The position numbers and the translations under genes are program-made. Below, in pieces: positions 1 to 5,407 of a stretch of DNA of 10,876 nucleotides. The first letter of the stretch is position 1. The number at the start of each line of letters is the position of its first letter. The DNA comes from Candidatus Deferrimicrobium sp. Its GTDB lineage: Archaea; Asgardarchaeota; Lokiarchaeia; Helarchaeales; HEL-GB-A. Location: the NCBI GenBank assembly GCA_035531115.1, contig DATKTP010000242.1, forward strand, positions 1-10,876. Direction: 5' to 3'. The notes under the pieces are model-generated. The model had not been told where the DNA came from. It saw only the letters and a program-made list of their open reading frames with translations, and made no database searches.

Positions 1-926
1 AAACTATCACTTATAACCTCCATTCTATTAATTAGTATTGTGAAATGGAATTTACCAGCTGAGATATCTTCTAATGAAATTTCATAAACTCTTTGATATT
101 CTTCACTTTCCCAACTATATTCTGTTTTATTAGAATAAATGAAATTTATTCTAATCTTTTGAAATGTTTTTGAATTCGAGAGAGTAATTTTAAAAATAGT
201 TTTTTCAAACGAATAATCAATAATATAAGTTCTCTTTCTATAAAATGCATCAGGATTTAATTCTAATTTGTCTAATAATTCCGAATCCTCACAGATTTTC
301 TTTGCATAATTTAATTCTGCAGGAGATCGAACAAGAATTTTCTCTATATATTTTAATTCGATTTTTTGGAAAATATCTACCTCAGCTTGTACAATAAGAC
401 ACATTTTTTTATATTCGTCATCATCCATAGAAATATATCTACCTTCTATCATTTTTCGCCTCCACAAATCGAAGTATTTCCATTCAATCTCCTCAAATGT
501 TTTTAAAATATCTTCAAAACTGGCAGATTTTGAAGACGTGAAATGAGCAGTCGTACTCCATATATTTTCGTTTAATAATATTTTTGGATTAATACACAAG
601 TAGATAGGAATGATTTTATGTTTGTCTAATTCATTATTCTTTATACCTTCTGTTTTATGAACCATTGGTGTCTTTATTGTGTAATATAGAGGTACATACT
701 CATCCTTATTTTTACCCTTTCTTTTATCAATCAAACTTGCTTCTGAGCCATTCTTAAATGTGATTTTATCCTCACCTATTAGTTTTCTTGAAAGAATAGC
801 TTTGGATCTTATGATTCCTTTTAAATTTTGAAGTGTGGTATAATGGATTAGATGAGAAATTCGTTGTTTCTCTAAAATTGCTTTAATTTTTATCCATTTT
901 AATTTTAAATTTGATAATATAAACAC
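1..926 (-). CDS. DarT-like (DUF4433-type) ADP-ribosyltransferase domain protein with an additional C-terminal region; 3' end runs off the window
   Basis: Not in the supplied track. Hand translation of the minus strand gives one stop-free frame from 926 to 1 (308 codons): (start)FILSNLKLKWIKIKAILEKQRISHLIHYTTLQNLKGIIRSKAILSRK...DEYVPLYYTIKTPMVH...WSTTAHFTSSKSASF...KKMCLIVQAEVDIFQKIELKYIEKILVRS... These match the three hallmark DarT/DUF4433 blocks: H-x-T-x3-NL..I...G.L; YVPFYF..x.PM; QAE-x-hydrophobic...I..I.V. More than 100 further residues (beta-rich, unrecognised) follow. The start is uncertain. The first canonical in-frame start is GTG at 926. An ATG at 930 with AGGG about 8 nt upstream is in another frame and stops after 15 codons. 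Confidence 0.7.
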   Translation of the reverse strand, partial: MFILSNLKLKWIKIKAILEKQRISHLIHYTTLQNLKGIIRSKAILSRKLIGEDKITFKNGSEASLIDKRKGKNKDEYVPLYYTIKTPMVHKTEGIKNNELDKHKIIPIYLCINPKILLNENIWSTTAHFTSSKSASFEDILKTFEEIEWKYFDLWRRKMIEGRYISMDDDEYKKMCLIVQAEVDIFQKIELKYIEKILVRSPAELNYAKKICEDSELLDKLELNPDAFYRKRTYIIDYSFEKTIFKITLSNSKTFQKIRINFIYSNKTEYSWESEEYQRVYEISLEDISAGKFHFTILINRMEVISDS

Positions 927-987
927 CCATTATTTTTCCCTATCTATTTCAAATACAAATACTATTAAAAATATGCTTGAAATGTAT

Positions 988-995
988 AAAAAAAA
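988..995 (-). terminator. Oligo-T (T8) tract on the minus strand; candidate archaeal-type terminator for the upstream operon
   Basis: A8 on the plus strand equals T8 on the transcribed minus strand. It lies 77 nt downstream of the AbrB-like stop codon and about 60 nt upstream of the DarT-like start. Archaeal RNAP terminates at oligo-T tracts. Not validated. Confidence 0.3.
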
Positions 996-1071
996 TTTAT
1001 CATAAGAGATTATTAATTTCTTGAAAATTTTTAAGAAGAAACGCCCATTATTACCAGATTAATATAATTTT

Positions 1072-1260
1072 TTATTCTAGGACCTTTTCAATGATAAGCT
1101 TATCGTCTTCAATCCTTATCGAAACATAAGTACCCTCTTGTACCTTAAATTCATTGGCAATCTTACTTGGGAGGACTACCGCAAGACTATTACTTATTTT
1201 AAAGACTTTCCTGACTTCACGATTCGCTGACAATTTGAATTCCTTCTTCTGCCATATCAC
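1072..1260 (-). CDS. AbrB/SpoVT (MazE-like) family DNA-binding protein
   Basis: 62-aa ORF. SNSLAVVLPSKIANEFKVQEGTYVSIRIEDDKLIIEKV fits the SpoVT-AbrB swapped-hairpin pattern (h-h-h-P-x-x-h...G-x-x-V-x-h...h-h-h-x-K). The start is either GTG 1260 (44-nt overlap with the upstream gene) or TTG 1233 (17-nt overlap, AAGGA about 7 nt upstream). Confidence 0.75.
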   Translation of the reverse strand: MIWQKKEFKLSANREVRKVFKISNSLAVVLPSKIANEFKVQEGTYVSIRIEDDKLIIEKVLE

Positions 1261-3070
1261 TTAACCCTGTGACAATGACATACTCGGTAACATCTTTGAT
1301 GTAATTTTTAATTATTTCGAATCTGGAGGGGTCATAGCTGGTAATGACTTCATCAATCACGAAGAAGGGAAAGGTGGGAACGAATTCTTCTTTCGCGGCT
1401 ACGAGGACTATTAAGGCAAGGGTGATGCGTTCGCTGGTGGATAACGCTTCAAACGGCCATTTATCAATGATCTTCCCCGCTTTTATCCTAGTAATAGAAA
1501 TCCTTCCATCCGTTTTAAGTTCTATATCTTTAAAATCCTTAAATTGCAATTCTTCGTAAATCTCATTGGCTCTTCGCTCAAATCTTTTGCATACAGAATC
1601 AATTAATTCGTCTTTCCTGATTGCAAGGTGCGAAATTAACCCTTCAATGAACCTGATCCGTTTTGTTAGCGCATCAGCGTCTTTGGTTTTTCCTCGCAGG
1701 GCTTCAATGTTTTCCTCATCCGAGATCGTTCTCTGCTTCAAGATTTCAATATTATTAATCAACTTTTCGCGTTTTTGCCACGTTTCAAATGTAGCTTTTT
1801 CTGAAAATTGGAAGAGCTTCTCTATTTCTGCTTCATACTTAGTTTGTTCTTGTTCCAATTCGGCTATTTCAGTTCTAAGTTTGTTCTTATCAAGCTCTCG
1901 ATTTTGAAGTGTGCTAGTTGTTTTGCGAAGATCAGTTTCAACTATGCTCAATTGCCTTTGTGATTTCTCTAGTTCGGTTTTTTTTCGCCCTAAATCTTCT
2001 ATCTCTCTAGTTTTTTGAACGATTTTATTCCCTAAGTCACTACTAGCTTTTTCATTTTTTCGTTGCCAATCTTGTAAATCTTTTAATGAAAGCGTCTTAC
2101 CACAGGCATAACATTGTGTTCCACCAGGAGCTAAGTCACCGTGTCGTTTAATCTTAACCCAATTATCATTTGCCGATTTAATTGCAGCTTGACACTTTGT
2201 ATTCTCGGTTTCCAGGGCTTTCAACTCTTGGTTGGTGTTGTTGGTGCTTTTCACAACTTTTTCAATTTCTTTTTCGATTAATGGATAATCAGCTTTTATT
2301 TCATCGACCAATTCTTGCTTGGTTTTGATTTGTTCCGCTAAAGCTTTAATTTGATCTTCTAAACTATCGAAATTCCCTTTCTTCTTCCGCAATTTGTCGT
2401 CTATTGCTCTCTTTTCTCCTATTTTTTCGTGGTACTTGTTCCTCATTTGTTGATCCGCTAACGCGTCTGTTTCATCCACTTGTGGTACGGTTTCAAGCTC
2501 TTTTTCCAATTCTGCAATTTCGTTTCTGCTCTTAAGCAATCGATCTTGTGTCATTTCCAATTGAGTTAAATCATCTCTGAAAATTTGGTGCTGTCTCAAG
2601 TAGTTTTTTTTCATTTTGTCTAAAGAGGAAGTAATAACATCAAAGAGATTACTATCAGAGATATTTTCAATAAAAGTCCTAATAGGTTTGCCCCGAAGTA
2701 TCTGATTTATGAGATCGTTATCGGGCGTTGCAAAACTGGTTAATTGCGCTTTATTCCCTGCTTCTAATGAAACATTTCCTTCAAAGCTGTAGAGATCGTT
2801 TCCAGCGCGTCTAAACCGTTTGTTCCAATCTATATTTTGGTTTGTCAATGAAATTTCGATAGTATCGTGCGCCCCTGTAAATAAATTCATTAAGAATCCT
2901 TTATTTTTTAAGTCAGGGTCATCCATTGTGAATAATTCTAACGCATTTATCAAACTCGTTTTTCCCGTAGCATTGGGAGCTTTAACTACATTCAACCCTT
3001 TATCAAATTCAAAAATTTCTTTATTGGCAAAAATACCGACATTTTCCACTTCTAACTTCAATTTACTCAT
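1217..3070 (-). CDS. Rad50/SMC-like ABC ATPase with long coiled coil and central CxxC zinc-hook-like motif
   Basis: 617 aa. The N-terminal head carries Walker A (VVKAPNATGKTSLINALE). About 400 aa are heptad-like, K/E/Q-rich coiled coil, interrupted at mid-length by GGTQCYACGKTLSLKDL (compare Rad50 hook C-P-x-C-G-R-x-L). The C-terminal head carries a signature-like LSTSERITLALIVLVA and Walker B FFVIDEV, then YVIVTGLSD where Rad50 has the His-switch (V-S-H-D). The start ATG overlaps the upstream stop (ATGA). Confidence 0.9.
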   Translation of the reverse strand: MSKLKLEVENVGIFANKEIFEFDKGLNVVKAPNATGKTSLINALELFTMDDPDLKNKGFLMNLFTGAHDTIEISLTNQNIDWNKRFRRAGNDLYSFEGNVSLEAGNKAQLTSFATPDNDLINQILRGKPIRTFIENISDSNLFDVITSSLDKMKKNYLRQHQIFRDDLTQLEMTQDRLLKSRNEIAELEKELETVPQVDETDALADQQMRNKYHEKIGEKRAIDDKLRKKKGNFDSLEDQIKALAEQIKTKQELVDEIKADYPLIEKEIEKVVKSTNNTNQELKALETENTKCQAAIKSANDNWVKIKRHGDLAPGGTQCYACGKTLSLKDLQDWQRKNEKASSDLGNKIVQKTREIEDLGRKKTELEKSQRQLSIVETDLRKTTSTLQNRELDKNKLRTEIAELEQEQTKYEAEIEKLFQFSEKATFETWQKREKLINNIEILKQRTISDEENIEALRGKTKDADALTKRIRFIEGLISHLAIRKDELIDSVCKRFERRANEIYEELQFKDFKDIELKTDGRISITRIKAGKIIDKWPFEALSTSERITLALIVLVAAKEEFVPTFPFFVIDEVITSYDPSRFEIIKNYIKDVTEYVIVTGLSDMAEEGIQIVSES

Positions 3071-3267
3071 GGTTCATCCCACCCATCCGCATATTTGTTG
3101 AGAATTTCCAACACTTTATCTTCGGCCACGTTGGGGAGGTGACCCGATTTTATTTTGTGTTGCTTGACGATTGAGAAGATTTCTCTCTCACACTCAACGA
3201 ACACGTCAGCTCCAGATTTCGAGCTTCCTGTAATATTTTCCTTGACTTTGGTTTTTCTTCTAGACAT
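3067..3267 (-). CDS. Small hypothetical protein (66 aa), translationally coupled to the Rad50/SMC-like gene
   Basis: ATG at 3267 is preceded by GGAGGT 6 nt upstream. The stop TGA overlaps the ATG of the next gene (ATGA at 3067-3070). No recognisable domain. Confidence 0.6.
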   Translation of the reverse strand: MSRRKTKVKENITGSSKSGADVFVECEREIFSIVKQHKIKSGHLPNVAEDKVLEILNKYADGWDEP

Positions 3268-3527
3268 CTACTAACCTCCAAAACTTTTTCAGGTATATCC
3301 CATTCGTGTAAAGGTTCAGCTACGAAAATATCTAAACCCTCATCGAATCTTTTCCTTAAACTCCATAACATCGCTAAAATTTCGCCATTTGATTCAGTTA
3401 AAAATACATCTGAACTTAATTTTTCGATAAAAAACTTATTTATATCTTGACGTCGTTTATCTTGATGCCAGCTCCAAATTATATCTTTAACTGTTGTATT
3501 TCTTATTTTTATTATTAAAAAGGTCAT
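3150..3527 (-). CDS. Hypothetical protein; 3' end uncertain (out-of-frame overlap with the 3067-3267 ORF)
   Basis: The track ORF 3150-3542 starts at TTG. I prefer the in-frame ATG at 3527 (MTFLIIKIRNTTVKDIIWSWHQDKRRQ...). The last roughly 39 codons overlap the next ORF in another frame and end in a low-complexity tail (SSQSSSNTK). The true stop may therefore differ, or there may be a frameshift. No recognisable domain. Confidence 0.45.
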   Translation of the reverse strand: MTFLIIKIRNTTVKDIIWSWHQDKRRQDINKFFIEKLSSDVFLTESNGEILAMLWSLRKRFDEGLDIFVAEPLHEWDIPEKVLEVSRCLEEKPKSRKILQEARNLELTCSLSVREKSSQSSSNTK

Positions 3528-3543
3528 AAAAAACCATCTCAAA

Positions 3544-3568
3544 AAATGTCGTCACAGTGACGACATTT
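3544..3568 (-). terminator. Perfect 12-bp-arm palindrome (hairpin) followed by a T-tract inside the operon; possible attenuator/terminator or protein-binding palindrome
   Basis: Plus strand is aaatgtcgtcac-a-gtgacgacattt. On the minus strand the hairpin begins at the last base of the AAA+ stop codon and runs into TTTTTT (rc of 3541-3546), then GAGATGG and the next start. Confidence 0.4.
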
Positions 3569-4278
3569 CACAATTCTTTTGACAGGATCGTGTCAATGTA
3601 TTGCTCGGTAATCAGTTTTTCAATCTCCCTAATTGTTTTGAAATCGCCCTTATCAATTTGCGATATCATTTGATCCGCATCCATCTGCAACTGTTTACAT
3701 TTGTTTTCAGCAATAATTTTGAGAGTTTCTTTAGTAGGAAAGGGAAATTCGATAGGATACAATCTGTCTTTAACTGCTTTATCTATTAATTCAAATCGAT
3801 TCGTCGTTAAAATAACTGAAATCTTAGATGTATCTACATTATCTAGGCAATGGAAGAATACGTTATTTTGAGCGATGTGCCACGATTCCCCCTTGATCCA
3901 ATCTCTTGTCGGAAAGACTGACTCACAATCATCTATGATAATAATCACGCGACCATAATTTTCTGCTTTCTTAAAAATTTCCGCTATCTGCCTCTCCGAT
4001 TCACCATAAAGAGATCGGGCAATATCTGAACCATCCACAAAAATGTAGGTAAAATTCAGAACATTGGCAAGAACTTTCGCTATGGTGGTTTTCCCGGTTC
4101 CCACCTCACCAAAAAAAATAAATCCTTTAATACCGTCCTTGATTTTGTATTTTTGTTGATAGTAAATAATCTTCTGGACTTTTTCGAGAATCGCAAGATA
4201 TTCTTGTCCAAAAACGGTATTTTTGGAGTAAGGATTATCTATCGGTTTTATGATGTTCAACTCTTCTTTTTTCTGCAT
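3568..4278 (-). CDS. Minimal classical-clade AAA+ ATPase (single AAA module, no recognisable N-terminal substrate domain)
   Basis: 236 aa. Motifs: Walker A GEVGTGKTT; pore-loop-1-like SLYGESERQI (compare K-aromatic-V-G-E-S-E-K of Vps4/FtsH/proteasomal ATPases); Walker B IIIIDDCES; sensor-1 ILTTN; SRH-like NRFELIDKAVKDR; C-terminal helical lid. GAGG lies in the 13-nt spacer upstream. Confidence 0.9.
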   Translation of the reverse strand: MQKKEELNIIKPIDNPYSKNTVFGQEYLAILEKVQKIIYYQQKYKIKDGIKGFIFFGEVGTGKTTIAKVLANVLNFTYIFVDGSDIARSLYGESERQIAEIFKKAENYGRVIIIIDDCESVFPTRDWIKGESWHIAQNNVFFHCLDNVDTSKISVILTTNRFELIDKAVKDRLYPIEFPFPTKETLKIIAENKCKQLQMDADQMISQIDKGDFKTIREIEKLITEQYIDTILSKEL

Positions 4279-4291
4279 TTAATACCGCCTC

Positions 4292-5149
4292 TTAATTTGT
4301 AGATCTTTTCTGTTGTCGAGATTGCTGTCTTGCGCGCATACGAATTAAGGCGCGTTCGTTCCATAATTGGATGAAATTCTGAACGTGTGGTGAAAAAATA
4401 ATTTTATTTCCATCTTTCTTAACTATCATTCTGATATCGGCATCTTTTACATTATTTCGCTCGATTGCCGTCGAGAAGCGATAGTAGGGGAAGCCCCGGT
4501 GAGTAAACTCGGCTCTAAGGTCTTCCAATAAGAGCTCGCCACCGTTATTTGAGGCAATTAAAATGCCAAAAATTAGGGGAATAAGTGCACTGATTCCTTT
4601 TTTTTCGATTCCAAGAGCAATCATCTTTCCCAGTGCGCTACCGAAGATTTCGTGTTCGATCCCTTTCGCTTGAATTTGGTCAAGGAAGTTATCCCAAATG
4701 GGGGTGAGTCGAACAAAAGCGGAAAACGGAGAATCACCTTTATTGTGGATAATTTCGAGAAATCCGTAATCTTTTAATGTTAACAATTTTTCAAAGATTT
4801 TTTTCAAGCTCCCGCATGCAGATCGGATAGTCATTATTGAAATCTTACCTTCCTCCGCTTTTTTTATCCGATCTTCAATTTCCCCGACTCTACCTGTCCT
4901 TTCGTATTGTATTCGATTTGTATCAAGATCGGCTCTAAGGGATTTTGCCTCAAATCGCTTTTTCAAGGTTAATATAAAGATAGTATTAATGATATTTTCA
5001 ATAGTTTGTAAGAGGGTGTATTCAGTATAACTGCTTAGTGATTGAACTCCAAACAATAGATTTATATTTTGAGTCTCTAGCAACTCTTTGATTATTGTGG
5101 CCAAGACTTCAACGAAATCTTGGTTTTCAGGGACATCCAAACCATCCAT
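4292..5149 (-). CDS. Uncharacterised protein, paralog B of the 5408-6214 product
   Basis: 285 aa, alignable end to end with the 268-aa product of 5408-6214. Shared blocks: LQTIENIIN, ERTG, SAC, L(S/T)PIW, GKMIALGIEKKGI, (P)(F/Y)xRF, ER-x-N, D(I/L)RMI. Basic C-terminal tail RMRARQQSRQQKRSTN. The start ATG is 2 nt after the histone stop, with GAGGAGAG immediately upstream. Confidence 0.85.
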   Translation of the reverse strand: MDGLDVPENQDFVEVLATIIKELLETQNINLLFGVQSLSSYTEYTLLQTIENIINTIFILTLKKRFEAKSLRADLDTNRIQYERTGRVGEIEDRIKKAEEGKISIMTIRSACGSLKKIFEKLLTLKDYGFLEIIHNKGDSPFSAFVRLTPIWDNFLDQIQAKGIEHEIFGSALGKMIALGIEKKGISALIPLIFGILIASNNGGELLLEDLRAEFTHRGFPYYRFSTAIERNNVKDADIRMIVKKDGNKIIFSPHVQNFIQLWNERALIRMRARQQSRQQKRSTN

Positions 5150-5151
5150 TA

Positions 5152-5388
5152 TTATCTCTCCTCTGGTTCAAGGGTGTACTTAAAAATTTCCTTTACCGCA
5201 TCTCGCACATCGGTATCGCGAATGTTTGTTCGACCAGATAAGTTTGCTAATTTCACAGCTTCACCGGCGATCATCTCTGCATGCTCCGTTAGAACATCTA
5301 AAAACAGCTTTTTTGCTTCTTTTGAGACCTGTTTTGCGCCGCTATTTTTTAAAATTCTATTAACCGCCGCTATACTAAAGTAACTCAT
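5152..5388 (-). CDS. Archaeal histone-fold protein (HMfA/B-like) with short acidic C-terminal extension
   Basis: MSYFSIAAVNRILKNSGAKQVSKEAKKLFLDVLTEHAEMIAGEAVKLANLSGRTNIRDTDVRDAVKEIFKYTLEPEER aligns without gaps to HMfB as I recall it ([66 protein letters not shown]). The track start is TTG 5391. I prefer ATG 5388, which has GAGGT 7 nt upstream. Confidence 0.9.
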   Translation of the reverse strand: MSYFSIAAVNRILKNSGAKQVSKEAKKLFLDVLTEHAEMIAGEAVKLANLSGRTNIRDTDVRDAVKEIFKYTLEPEER

Positions 5389-5407
5389 CAATAAAACCTC
5401 GCTTTTA

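Noticed and set aside
279-290. Possible att-like duplication of a tRNA 3' end: TCCGAATCC is shared with the tRNA-Arg T-arm (8316-8324)
   Set aside because: Only 9 nt match, and many such matches are expected by chance in 10.9 kb. It lies inside a coding frame. No integrase or recombinase gene is present in the window.
1344-3101. Plus-strand ORFs 1344-1559, 1566-1907 and 2820-3101 from the track
   Set aside because: They lie entirely antisense to the well-supported Rad50/SMC-like gene. Their translations are low-complexity (S/F/L/I-rich) with no motifs, as expected for shadow ORFs.
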